64,000 nucleotides of DNA, taken from contig OX597823.1 of the NCBI GenBank assembly GCA_951406725.2, positions 68,448,001 to 68,512,000 of the forward strand, given 5' to 3'. The position numbers and the translations under genes were made by a program. This DNA comes from Octopus vulgaris (taxonomy: Eukaryota). Shown here piece by piece: positions 12,740 to 25,644 of the stretch (the stretch's first letter is position 1; each line of letters begins with the position of its first letter). The notes beneath the pieces were generated by a model. It was not told the origin of the DNA. It made no database searches and saw nothing but the letters and a program-made list of their open reading frames with translations.

Positions 12740-14297
12740 AAAGATGAATAGAAGATCACATCAAGAGATTGAGACAGGAAGCTAGTCAACAACAATTTCT
12801 CAAAGAAAGTTACACTAATTAAAACACTAAAAAAGAAAGACAATGTGTAAAGGGAAAAGAGGGAATGAATGTTGTAATTGAAGAACTGCAGTAAAGCATT
12901 GCTGTAATGTAACTAAAATAAAATGACACGAGAGTGAAGGACATAAGTTCCAGCAGAACTTCAAAATATAAAAAAAAAAAGTTTGAGAAGCTGAAGGAAG
13001 TAGAAAGATAGAATGATAAAGTGTCAGATGTATAGAGAAGTGAAAATGTTTAGAGTGATATATGAAATAAGAAAGGTGTCCATAATACAGAGGTTTAGGT
13101 GATTCGAAAAGCAGAAAATGAATTACGATTAGAACAACAGGTCAAACTGAAAACCACTCTTGTCAAAACTGAAAAAGAATTATATACCTTTGTTAAATCA
13201 GTGAGAGTCTTTAATAACAGCATCAGAATAAAGTCTGATATTTGTAAGTGTGGGTATAAGAAGAAGGCATGAGAACTGGATGGTATAAGGAATGGAATGA
13301 TGAAAAGCAAAGATTAAGGAGAACTATTTCTAAAGGATAAGGAGGTTATTAAAATTCAAAAGCTAATTATATAAATAACATCAAACTCATAAACCTAAGA
13401 GTAGTATTCATTATCAGATGTTATAAAGGAATAATAATCAAATGGGGAACGGAAGCTCTTCAAAATATAATAAAGTAAAAAAAAAAAGGGAGTTGACAAC
13501 AATCTATAGAGCCTTATACTCACATGCAGAGGTCAATAGCCTATTGTTACAACAGAAAAGTGGTTAGATACCTAACGCTATTTATGTAGCTTGATCTCAA
13601 GTAATTAAACTCCTGCAGAATGACAATTTAATACTGAATGGAAAAAAATATAATAATAATGCAAATTATGCTCTGAGAGGATGAGGGAAAGCATAACAAT
13701 GTCACTAGATGGTACACTAGGTATTATTTAAAAGTTTTGATTGGAAAAGGTGAGAAACAGTATGAACATGATCCAGAAAGTGTGGTGGAAAATAATAGCA
13801 AGTCAAAAATATTTTGGGACTTCATGATCCAATGTGGTCATGGAATTGAACATTGGAAACCCAATACTGTACTTGTAAACAAGGGAGAAAAATTGTACCT
13901 GATCATAGACATTGAGAGACCTGGTGATAGTGGGAATTGTCAAACAAAGAAAAATGACAAGATATGTATCTCTTGAGTGAAATCAAAATCTGTAGTCAAT
14001 ATAAAAAGTAAAAGGTATATATTGCACCAATAATTGCTGGTACCTTAAGTACAGTGAGCAAAGAAACTGAAAAGTGGTTGGAAAAGATAGGAATAAAAAT
14101 TAAAATAGAGCACATCCAGAAAACAGCATTACTTGACAGTGCAAAGAGTCTCTGCACAGTTCTTGAGAATTGTAGAAAGCATTCCAACATAGTTTATGGG
14201 AAGAAAATGAGTGGTCCATTAATGACGCCTCCAGCAACAAACTTAGTATATCAGATACAATACGACTAATAATGATGCTTTCTGATTTAGTTACAAG
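12740..14297 (+). mobile_element. R4/Dong-like copy 4 (heavily deleted: N-terminal piece plus RLE)
   Basis: RIEDHIKRLRQE and VVIEELQ, then ORF 13737 YEHDPESVVEN..KIFWDF.IQC.H.IEH.KP...IIDI..PGD and ORF 14054 IEHIQKTALLDSA; short aataatgatg tail. Confidence 0.8.
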
Positions 14298-14480
14298 GTC
14301 AGTCATATTGTGAGGCAGAGTGTAGTTTTTATCATCAACTCTAGTACTTGACAGGTACTTTATTTTATTGACCCTGGAAGAATGATGAAAATTTGCCTTG
14401 ACAGGATTTGAACACAGAAAGTAAAGAGCCAGAAGAAATACCGTAAAGCATTATGTTCAATGTTTCAACAAGACTACTCT
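14298..14480 (-). mobile_element. Family B SINE, degenerate
   Basis: acaaggtcag...ggtactttattttattgaccctggaagaatga...ggatttgaacacagaa matches 5931-6145. Confidence 0.7.
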
Positions 14481-14575
14481 AATACTGATGATTATGATGA
14501 GATGATGAAATTACTACTACAACATGTAACAACAACAACAATGGTAGTAGTAATAATAATAATAATAATAATAAT
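14480..14575 (+). repeat. Compound (TGA)/(CAA)/(TAA) microsatellite
   Basis: Ends in about eight taa units directly before R4 copy 5. Confidence 0.9.
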
Positions 14576-15899
14576 GTTTAGGGATTTGGAGCTGGTTTAC
14601 ATTCTACACTGAGAAATGAAAGTCAAGGTCAGCAAAGCATATAAAAAAAGGGCGAAGCTGGTGATGAAATCCAACCTGAATGCCAAAAATTTGATTACCG
14701 CAATGAATATCTGGGCAGTTGTGGTGGTCAGATGTAGTATGTCCATCCTCAAATGGACTAAGGAGGAAATATCAACACTGAATAGAAGGATGAGAGAGTT
14801 GATGACACGGCATGGGGCACTACACCCTAAAGCAAATGTAAATAGACTATATGAAAAGAAAGAATAGTGGCAGAGATCTAATTGTATAAGGAGAGAAAGA
14901 ACACTTGGCGAGTATTTGATAAATGGTGATGAAGACCTGCTGCAATATGCCACGAAAGATATGGGTGTAAATGCTTATGAAATGATGGGTAAGGAAGAGT
15001 TTAACCAAAGAACTGAGAAGAGAAAAGAAGACCTTCTTGAAATGAGAATGCATGGACAGTTTGAACGGAACACACAGAACATGGAGGAAAATAGAGCATC
15101 ATGGACATGGCTTGAGTGAGGTGATTTGAAGCATACTGCTGAAAGCCTGATCATTGCTGCACAAGACATGGCTCTCGCTACCAAGTCAATGAAGTATAAC
15201 ATCTATAACACTTCTGACACCCAGAAATGCAGACCTTGTGGAAAGAGTGTGGAAAATATGTGACCCACTTGGTAAATGGATGTAAGAGCCATGCACAAAA
15301 GGAATACAAGTACCACCACGATAAAATGTGTGTGTGTATCTTCATTGGCTCTTTTGCCGTAAATACCAATATGATGTATCAGAGAACTGGTATGAGCATG
15401 TACCAAGTAAAGTTATGCAGGAGGATGGAAAAGTAATGATGCTCTGGGACTATTATTTCCAGACAGATCATGTAATCGAACACCGTCGGCTGGGTATTAT
15501 GTTGAATAAGAGAGACAAATACTGTCATAGATCATTGATGTAGCCATACCAAATTACATGAATGTTGTAAGTAAAGAAGTTGAAAATATCACCAAGTACT
15601 CCGAATTGGAAGTGGAAATGGCAAGACTGTATGCAATGTGAGAGGGTAATGTGAAAGTGATACCAGTGGTGATTGGAGCATTGGGCTCAATCCCATTGAA
15701 ATTTCAAGACATCTTAAGGCAACTGGAAATCCCATGCAACATTGATATCTTGCAAAAAGAAAGCCTTACTGGGCATAGCGCACATCTTAAGCAAAGTATT
15801 ATCTGTCTGAGGTCCTTGTTGTGACTTGACAGATGACTAAAGACTCCAGTGCATTTTTACCTATACTGTATTACGAAGGAATAATCATAATAATAATAA
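14576..15899 (+). mobile_element. R4/Dong-like copy 5 (5'-truncated; CCHC knuckle plus RLE)
   Basis: KSNLNAKNLITAMNIWAV..W...E...HGALHPKANVNRLY; MHGQF; ESLIIAAQD.AL.T; CRPCGK..E...H...GC; LWDY.FQTDHVIEHRR; IIDVAIP; VIPVVIGALG; stop ~15810; tail ataatcataataataataa. Confidence 0.92.
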
Positions 15900-16372
15900 A
15901 GCTCAGAAAATATAAAGATCTACAAATCGAAATCAAAAAGATGTGGCATCTCAAAATGGTTACAATACCAGTGATTGTAGGAGTACTTGGAATGATCAAT
16001 AAAGGAACTGAAAATTATTTAAGAATGATCTCTGGCTTACTATCCATGCAGGAAGTGCAGAAGATTGTCTTAACTGGTACATCACACATATTGAAAAGTG
16101 CATTGTTGCTGTGAATTTTCTTTCCTTTTGTCCACATTTATTTGTTTAGTTTTCCATTTTTTATTTTTTCGTTTTCCTCTCTGTCTTCCCCTTTTTCTCT
16201 ATCACATGACTTTGTAAATGAACAATCTGATGTGTTTATTTTGATGACTACCAATGTATACAGTACATTTCTCTAGGTGTCAGGAAGACACTTGGCAAGA
16301 AATGGAAACTGAATTGAAACAAGATGCTAATGATGATGATGATGATAATAATAATGATTATGATGATGATGA
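15900..16372 (+). mobile_element. R4/Dong-like copy 6 (short 3' end with long 3' UTR)
   Basis: KLRKYKDLQIEIKKMW...TIPVIVGVLG...VQKIVLTGTSHIL begins directly after the copy-5 TAA tail; TGA/TAA tail at 16325-16372. Confidence 0.88.
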
Positions 16373-16374
16373 CT

Positions 16375-18028
16375 ATATCACCAGTGAAAAAAAGGTATAT
16401 TTTAAGGTGACTGCCTGCCTGCACTGACTTTTGTACTATGCATGGTACCTCTAACAATGATTCTAAGGTTGAGTATGAGTTCAAGGGTTACCCACAAAAG
16501 GTTAACTACTTCTTATTCATGGACGACCTCAAGCTTTGTATTAAGGAGGATTCTCAGATAAGTTCCTTCATTGGTTCAGTGTTTATGTTCAGTGCTGACA
16601 TCAGATTGCTGGTCAGATTGAAAAAGTGCAGTGTGTTAGTCTTGAACAGCAGCAAAATTAAATGCACTGTTGAATTGGTGATGCCATTAGGGAAGGTTAT
16701 GAAGCATATAGAAGTGGCATACAGAAGTACTTGAGGATGTTGGAAATAGATGAAGTAATAGAGGAAATGATGGAATACTAGTGCAGACTGAGGCTTTTCC
16801 TCAAGTCAAAATAGAATGGATGGAATAATACTGAAGCTAACAACACATGGGCTGTTTTGCTCCTTAGATATGGGGCAGGGGTAATTGCATGGATAGTAGA
16901 AGAACAAAACAGCTTAGACTGAAGGACAAGAAAGCAATTGACAAGATATGGGGTATTTCATCCAAAGAATAAGTGACAGATAGACTGTATGTACCAAGAA
17001 TAAGAGAAGAGGACCAACTAGGTGCAAGCACCACATTAGAGCAGAAGAAAACAGCATGGTATGGTACAAAAATGCTATGGAACTACTATTGTTGAAAGTA
17101 AGAATGTTAGGCCTGTGCTACTTTGAAGATTGCGAAGATAAAACACAGTACAAGCATTTATTTGAGGATGGATGAAATTGAAAATAGATGGATAGAGAAA
17201 AGAATGTATGAAAAATTCCAGAGATGTTGAAGATAGAACAGGCAAAGAAAAATGTGGTTATGGTTTAAAGTGATTAAAAACTGGAAATTTTTAAAGTCAC
17301 TTTTACAGGTTAATGCTTGCTCTAGAGAAAGTATTAAGAACCAATTACATCAAACACAGAAAATAACACAGAGCAGGAAGCAACAAGTATAGAATTTGTG
17401 GAAAATTATCAGTCAATATACATAGCTAGTTCATAAAGAAGATAATATGTGACAAGACAATATAGCAAGGATAGTCCATTGGACACTTTGCAACAAGTAT
17501 GGACTTGACAGAACAGAAAATTGGTATGAACATAAACCTGAAGACATTAGAGAAAGTGATAATACAAAGATCCTGTGGGAATTTATGATTCGGTGTGACC
17601 ATGAGAGAGAGTAAAGGAAACTGGATATAGTGATAACTAAGAAAGAAAGCAAACAGTGATGGATAATAGATGTAGCATACCCAGCTGACAACAATGTATG
17701 TAATAAAAAAGAAAAAATTTAATAGATAATGACAGGTTAGCTTGGGAGGTTAAGCAATGTGGTTGTTGAAAACTGTGATAAAAATACCAATAACTGTCAG
17801 AGCCTAACAAGCAATAAATAAAGATCTTGAGAAGTATATTGAACAAATATGGGTTGCAATAAGGGTGGAGTATTTGCAGAAAATAACATTGTTTGGAACA
17901 GCTTTAATACTTCAGAGAATGCTTGAAAAATAAAGGGTACTGTCTCATTTCACTGGTAGTAAATGGCTGATACTCTAATACACCTCCAGAGTTAGAAAGC
18001 GTGCAAAAAATAATGATAATAAATGATA
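16375..18028 (+). mobile_element. R4/Dong-like copy 7 (RT to 3' end)
   Basis: GIF.GD.L; LFMDDLKL (RT catalytic motif ~16516); NTWAV..LRYGAG; WYEHKPE; KILWEFMI.CDH; ends ~17932 with 3' UTR and an aataatgataat tail. Confidence 0.9.
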
Positions 18029-18029
18029 T

Positions 18030-18420
18030 GAACATGAAAGATAGGGCATCAATGAGAACAATAAATATAAGCTCCTGTGGGATTTTACAAATTAATGTGA
18101 CTCCCTAATCGATGTTCAGAGAACAGACATTGTTGTGGTAGATAAAGAAAAATCAAACCAAGATCACAGATATTGCCATATCAGGGGTTGTATGCATAGA
18201 TGGCAAAGGGCTGGAAAATAAATGCAGAATACTAAAAGATGAAATTTCAAGAATGTGAGGATTTTGAGATAGGTACTTGGACATTAAATAACTTAATATC
18301 CAGTGATACTTAACATCTAGGTACCATGTCTTAAAGACCTTTGGCAACAGATTTCTGTCTGCTCTCACAGAATTAACCAGTGCAAGGAAGATTGAGAGCT
18401 CTGAGAAGTGAAATATAATA
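18030..18420 (+). mobile_element. R4/Dong-like copy 8 (RLE fragment)
   Basis: NENNKYKLLWDF...RTDIVVVDKE...TDIAISG...LKDEISR. Confidence 0.8.
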
Positions 18421-20298
18421 ACAAGACCTGGATATACAGGAGGACATTGTCATCCCATTGGAAGATATTCAAGCCAGAGTTGGTAAGATGAAAAGTTGGA
18501 AGGCAGACAGAATGGAACTAGTTCAGGGTTTCTGGCTCAAAGGTTTGATGAATTTACATCTTAAACTACAAAACCTCCTGAAAAGCTGTATACACCAAGG
18601 AATTGTACCAGAATGAATTGTTGATTCAGAAGGACCCACTCAATGGTGCTCTGACCAGTAACTATTGTCCAATTGCTTGTTTACCTATGATGTGGAAGCT
18701 TCTAACTTGGATAATAGAAAAGAAACTGTATGGTCATCTTGAAAGAAATGAACAGCTAGCAGATGAACAGAAAGGGATTACAAGGAATAAAGGATCAGTT
18801 GCTGGTTGATAAGGCAATTCTTAGGAACCATCAAAGAAGGTTGACAAGCATATCAATGGCGAGGACTGACTATAAGAATGCATATGATATGGTTCCTTGT
18901 GGATTCTGAAATTCCCAGAGATGATCAGGGCAGTGAAAAATTTGATTTATTTGCTTAAAATTAGTATGAGAAACTAGAAGACAGTTTTTAATGCTTGTGG
19001 AAGAAGAATTGGAGAAGTTGACACCATGAGGGGAATCTTTCAAGGTGACTCAGTATCACCTGAGATGTTTGTTGTTTCTATATTATTGCACTCCATGGTT
19101 TTGAGAAATATGGGTGCTGGTCACAAACTGCAGAAAAACATGAAACTAATTAGTCACCTGATATTCAGGAATGATCTTAAACTTTATGGAGCTAGCAGAG
19201 GTCAATTAGGTTCCCTTATTCAATCTGTACGAATTTTCTCACAAGACATCCAGTTGGCATTTGGTATAGAGAAATGCACTATTATTGAACTGAGGAGAGG
19301 GCAAAAGTAGAGATCAAAATGATGAGTGGATAAGAGAAGTGAACAGAGAGGGTTACATCTTGGTGTTTTACAACTAGGCCAAATGTTGAACACCAAGATA
19401 AAGGAGGTAATTTCTGAATATATCAGCAGATTTAAAAAGCTATGCCAGTCTTAATGGAGGGAGCCTGATTAAAGGCATCAGCGTATGATTTATAGGTATG
19501 ATATGTTACTACACAGGAGTTGTGAAATGGACAAAGGAGGAACTTGTCAACATGGATAGTAAGAGTAGGAACGTAATGGCTATGCATGGATGTCTTTATA
19601 CAAGAAGTAATATAGCAAGGCTTTACTTACTTAGGAAGGAAGGTGGAACAGGACTTGTTGGAATAGAGGTAAATGGTGAGAAGGAGGTAAGCCCTTGCAT
19701 GACTATCTGAGGAATATTGATGAAAGAATGTTGCAGGCTGTACTGAGTGAGAAGGTGATCAGTGACAATGGTGAGACCCTCCAGAATTACAATATGAGAA
19801 CTAATAGAGAAAAGACCATCAACTGGAAAGAGAAAGTCATTCACCATGAATTTTTCCAACAAACATCAGAGGAAGTTGTTAAAGAATCCTGGAGATGGTT
19901 AAGACATGTTTTTTTAAAAAGGAGACTGGACTGACTTTTCTGCCAAGTATGGATTGGCAAAGTAAAGATAATGTAGAATGTAATGATACAACGAGATCAT
20001 GAAATTGAACATTGAAAGCTGGATATAGAAATGAATAAAGAGAAAAAATACTTGCTTAACCATAGATATTGCATATCCAGTTGACGAGAATGTATTGGAA
20101 AGAGAAGAGAAGTAGGCTAGATATGATGATTTGAAGTGGGTCATAAGTGTTGTCAATGATGAAGGTGAGTATTGACACTGGAGGGATTTGAACTTAGAAA
20201 GAAGTGAATTGGAAGAAATAGCACAAAACAGTTTTTCCACTGTTCTAGCTATTCTACCAATCTAAACAATAATAATAAATATTACTACTAATAATAAA
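18421..20298 (+). mobile_element. R4/Dong-like copy 9 (RT-containing)
   Basis: MKSWKA....VQGFWLK; SNYCPIACLPMMWKLLT; EQKG; GIFQGDSVSP; ISHLIF.NDLKLYG; FGIEKC; W.KEEL...D...ARLYL.RKEGG.GL; IDIAYP; tail aataataataaat at ~20268. Confidence 0.9.
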
Positions 20299-20319
20299 CA
20301 TGTTTTCATTTATTTGGCT

Positions 20320-20490
20320 CCATGGCTGATTTATAACACTAGCACAAAGACATATATTTCATGTGAATGTACACAACTGACTGCAGTATTTGATTATTAT
20401 TTTATGAATCTCAGAAGGATGACTATGGAACAATTTGAAATAAGAACATAATGACATGTAACTAAATACAAAACATTTTGTCTGTTTGCC
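20320..20490 (-). mobile_element. Very degenerate family B SINE
   Basis: Weak match (gcacaaag...cagtatttg..tattttatgaatctcagaaggatga...atttgaa...acattttgtc), flanked by TAA tracts. Confidence 0.4.
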
Positions 20491-20559
20491 ATCATCTTAA
20501 TAATAATGCTGATGTTGATAATAACAGTGTTATTATTAACTTTAAGGATTTCAAATATC

Positions 20560-21735
20560 ACGAAAAGCTAAAAAAATAATGCAATGCATGAATACACTTG
20601 ATGTTCCAAATATAAGATACAGTTCTAATATTACTAACTAGAAATTAAGTAGATTAATAAAACTTGCTAGAAAAGATAGCATTCAATTTATACCACCTCA
20701 AAAAGACATGAAAATATTTTATTTAATGTGATCAGTGGTGGGTGTGTTCTGAAATCATAAAGCTATTCTAAAATATTTATCATAAGATTACAAATATAAC
20801 TAATAAAGAAAGAAGGAAAACTAAATTTGAAAAATATAAACTTGAACAAAACAAAGAACTCTCTTCTATCATTAGATAAACCAAAAGGTGCACGATAGAT
20901 GATGAAGCAACAGATGAGGGTGAGAAGAATAGGGAATGAGGACAAAACATTTGAAAAGTGCAGATTACAAAATACCATACTCTAACATTGTTAGAAAAGC
21001 TTTTATATGAACAGAGAAATCCAGAACTCAAAACTCATCTCAGCACAAAATCAAAACTGGCCCATTAGAAAATGCTAAAAATCTACAAGGAAGCATACTA
21101 TGGAATGTAACTGCATGTCATATGACAGCTGTAAAATATAGGCTTTCATGCAGTCTAGTTTTATATAAAACTAAAAGTTGATAGAGGTTGAGATTAAATG
21201 TACTAGAAACTATGCCACAATTTTAGAATTACGACATGTAAATTCTAAAACATTCATATCTCACAAGATCTACAAAAATAAAACAGTTACCATATCCTGA
21301 AACATTCTAGTTAATAGACAGTGAGGTAAGAAAAATTATTGCGAAAGAAAATAGGAGCAAAACTGTCATTCACTGGCTAACAAATATATTTGTGATAAAA
21401 AGGCAAAAACTATTCAAATATAAAACATGGAGAAATAGCACTATTCAAAATATATCGGAAAACAAGTTACAACCCCACATAATGATAAATGCTTTGGGGA
21501 TGATAAAAAGAAAAGGCAGATAAATATTTGTCCCAAATCCCCATAACCAATACACATATACAACACAGAAAATTGTATTCTTAGGCACTGCTCCTATATT
21601 ATGAAGAGTTGTCTCAATGTATTATATATGACAAAAAGTACTCAACAAGAACCAAAGATGACATGTATTGAAGATTTGTACAGTTATGCTGTGATTGTTT
21701 GCAATGACAAGATTATTTGAATGAAATAATAAATA
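20560..21735 (+). mobile_element. R4/Dong-like copy 10 (very decayed 3' half)
   Basis: MNTLDVP.IRYS.NI.N*KL (cf. INTLAVPVxRYSF.IINW), INALGMIK and QKIVFLGTAPIL*RV (~21567-21615); short aataataaata tail. Confidence 0.65.
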
Positions 21736-22639
21736 CACTGTAGGAACCTGAGAAATTTGTTACTCTAAAACATAAGTTAACCAGTATATAGTAGCAAAAG
21801 CTAAAGGTTTCTAATAATGAGATAGCCCATTTGTTAATGATAGTAATTTTTTCAATGGCAATAATTATATTAATTATTCATAAACAGTATTTTGTATAAA
21901 ATGATCACTTTATGCATATCCATTCTTAAAACTTAAAAGAAGTAATGAGCACCACACTAAAACAAATTTATTTCATTTCAAGAATTGATAACAGTTTTAA
22001 TGATTTCTTCTTTAAAATCATAACTGTTATTATAATTGATTAGAAACCACAGATATAATATTGTCCATATGATAAGATTATTAAACAGGAAAAAAACTCC
22101 ATCTAACTAAAGAAAACATTATGATGAGTTGTCAAAAGAAATTGATGTTTTAATGTCATTGATACACCCTTGCAGAAATATTGAACTTACATTTTATATG
22201 GAAGTATGCACTAAATTTTACGTTTGATAAGCTGTCTAAATGATGAACTTCCTGTCATGCTCTCAAACTTAATAGAGCTTCCTGATTAAGTCTCCATATG
22301 CCATCAAATGCAATCTTACAAATCTTACGAAAGAGTAAAGCAATACGACAAAGGCAATAAATGTTAACCAAAAATTTACATAGTGCATAACTTTTGAGGA
22401 TTCATTTGATGAAGCAATATTTAAATGCCGTGACAAAGAGGCTCTCAAATTATTGACACAACAAGTGCAGTACTAATATGGTTAAGAGGAGAAATATCAC
22501 AAAAAGTAATTGAGATTTTTATTTTTTGAAAAACAGTGATATTGGTTGGTTGGTTGGTTGGCAATAAGAGCAATATTAATTTGATTTCAAACTGAAATGA
22601 AGAAACGATTGATGCTAAAGTACAGCAATATTAAAATGG

Positions 22640-22706
22640 TGTATATATATATATACACACACACATATATATTATATATACATACATTTATATATATACA
22701 TATATG

Positions 22707-22745
<39 letters not shown>

Positions 22746-22764
22746 TTATATATATACATATATG

Positions 22765-22800
<36 letters not shown>

Positions 22801-22875
22801 CATACATATATCTATATACATATATGTATATATGTATGAATATATATATATATGTATGAATGTATATATATATAA
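22640..22875. repeat. (AT)n-rich compound microsatellite
   Basis: Long TA/CA/TG dinucleotide run; source of the YIYI-type spurious ORFs. Confidence 0.95.
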
Positions 22876-23699
22876 TTCAGAATAAATGGATGATGCAGAG
22901 TAAATATTAAGAAATATGAGGTGAAATTTACAAAGAAGTCCAACTTGATATGTGTGCACATATTTTCATGCTTCTTTGCATGCTTGATTTTGATTGCATA
23001 TAGATGTGATTTTATGGATGTATATAACAGCACAAAACACTTTTTTCACAGAAATCATGATCATGATGATAAAAATGAGATTAAATTTTATATATATTTT
23101 ATGATAGATAAAATTATATTTTGTTGTATGTATTTTGTGATAAGTAAAAAGAATTAGTGAATGATAAGGTATTTTGTTAAACACTTGTATTAAAAATCAC
23201 ATTCACTATTTTGGAATACAGAATAATTTACAAAAATCAAATTCATAAAAAGTTCAAATGATAATTTCATCATTCTTAAATCTCATAAATATTCTAAGAA
23301 TTCTAGAGATGTATCAAGAAAATGACCATGCAAAATCACCTATTTTATTTGTTACATAACACAGTTTTGATATTTCATACGTTACTTTATTGTTGAAACC
23401 TTCGATAGCTCTTTTTATCATTTGAAGATGCTCATAACAATACTTGATTTATATACATAGAATTTTATAGAGAATATACATATATTTATTTATTTCATAT
23501 ACACTATTTACATACTATATATTCAAAATATATATACCATGCATTCTGCTATATTATATTTGCTTACACATACACAATTGCTAACTAAACTAATACCCAT
23601 AATTTGTATGCTGCAAATGATTATGAGGATACAATAAAATATGCTTAAATTCATCATTTCAATGTTAATCAATTACCTAAAGAACAAAATGAACAGCAG

Positions 23700-24900
23700 T
23701 ATATACATGTGTGTGTGTGTGTGTTTGTGTGCGTAGGTAAGTATACATATGTATGTATGCATATATATATATATGTTTTGAACATATACATATGTAAGTA
23801 AATATTAAAATAATATTGCATTGATACACAAATCTAAAATTGATTCTAAACCTAGTAAAAGATGCCTTAATATTATTTAAACTTAAAAAAACATATTTAC
23901 AACCTAATTATAGATAAATAAATGAATTTGTTAAAAGCTATTATCCCATGATTAGCAAATAAAGTAGAACTGGTACTAAAAACCCAGCACATTTAAAGCA
24001 ATAGAAATACTAATGAAGAATCATAAGAATTTATTAATGCTATTTTGTGTTTATATTTCATTAAAGTAATAAAAAAAGTTACATATATATAACAATATTC
24101 TTTTCTATTCTAGGCACAAGACCAAAATTTTGGGGGAGGGGGCCAGTCAATTAGATCGACCCCAGTATGCAACTGGTACTTAATTTATCAACCCCGAAAG
24201 GATGAAAGGCAAAGTCGACCTTGGCGGAATTTGAGCTCAGAACACAAAGACAGGAGAAATACCGATAAGTATTTCGCCTAGTGTGCTTACGTTCCTGCCA
24301 GCTTGCCGTCTTCATATATATAACAATATTGATAAAACTGAGTGTGAGCAACTATACCCATATGTTACTGGATGCAAGCACATTAACTTAAAAGCAAGAG
24401 AAAAAAAATTCTTATGTTGGCTTGTGCATATTCAAATACATATTTATTATATTAGTATTGTTCCTGCTGATTTTACATATATATATTTGTGTGTGTGTGT
24501 GTGTGTGTGAATGTTTATAAATACATATGTAAGAAAATATTGAAATATATTCCAATGATACACAAATCTAAAATTAATTCTAAAGCTAGTTACAAATGTT
24601 TTCAAAATTATTTAAGTTTTAAAAATATATTTACTGTCTAAATATAGATAAATAAATGAATTTATTAAAGATTGTTATCTTTGCTTACAAGAAAAATAGT
24701 GAGACTGGTGATAAAAGTCTGCACATTTAGGGCAAATGAAAGAATGAAGAAAAATCAGAATAATTTATTAGTACTGTTTTTTTTTTATATATTAAAGTGA
24801 TTAAAAAATCATATATATAACAATATTGATAAAATGGAGTGTTGGCAACTCAACGAAAATGTTACTGGATGCAAGCACATTAAACTGACTCAAAAGCAAA
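23700..24900 (+). repeat. Local tandem duplication of a ~0.45-kb unit (23700-24400 incl. SINE; 24480-24900)
   Basis: Shared blocks in the same order: tacatatgtaag, tgatacacaaatctaaaatt, tatagataaataaatgaattt, catatatataacaatattgataaaa and atgttactggatgcaagcacattaa. Confidence 0.85.
24100..24312 (-). mobile_element. Family B SINE, well preserved, 18-bp TSD
   Basis: TSD catatatataacaatatt at 24082-24099 and 24313-24330. Reverse complement: ..ggcaagctggcaggaacgtaagc...gagctcaaattccgcc..gactttgcctttcatcctttcgggg. Confidence 0.92.
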
Positions 24901-25644
24901 ATAATAAGAAATCAAAATATATACTGAGATAAAAAGGGGTTTGATAACAAAAATATGGAAAAGCAAAATCACACACAATTACTTTCTAAGCATGATGTAT
25001 GAACAATATCTTTTTCTCTACACTATTTCTTTTATAATCCCTTTAGTCCTACACCTATCCTTATCTTTCCCTTATCTCTATTTAAACTTTTTTCTCTTTC
25101 TTGTTTATATTTTTTTTTATTACTAGTCAATTGTTATCTCTGTCAATCTTTCTGTTTCTATTTTTTTAACCATATTTTCTTCATATTATTAGATTTAAAA
25201 CACGAATTTGCCAAAGTTTTCCTATAGGGTGATCACAATTTAGCTGAATGCTGAAACAATAAAATACAACACAGAACAGAACAAAATGGACAAATTTTGA
25301 AATAAATACCAAAACTAATAAATAAAATGAATTTGTAGCTCAAATTTCGAGGATGATTAGCTTTCCAACCAGTTTAATTTAAACCTCTAATTTTAAAGTT
25401 TTAAGCAATTAGAGCTGGTAGAAAATTATTTTCCACCTATTTTTCCCTTGATGTTTTTAAAGAAGCACTAATTTTCCTGTGTCATTTACTCTTCTTTTTA
25501 AATAAACAATGTGATGTAGATTTATCTTAAAATTCCAGGATTTAGCCGAGTTGTGACCACCTTAGGTTAGGTCAGATTCTTTTAAAGGCAACAAGAAAAC
25601 TAAGAGAATAAATGCTACTTGTGTGGTTGAAAATAAATACAAAC

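Noticed and set aside
3900-21735. An active or domesticated RT/endonuclease gene in the array
   Set aside because: Every copy has multiple stops and frameshifts, and no fragment shows an intact long ORF.
22597-23033. YIYI-rich ORFs
   Set aside because: Artefacts of the (AT)n microsatellite.
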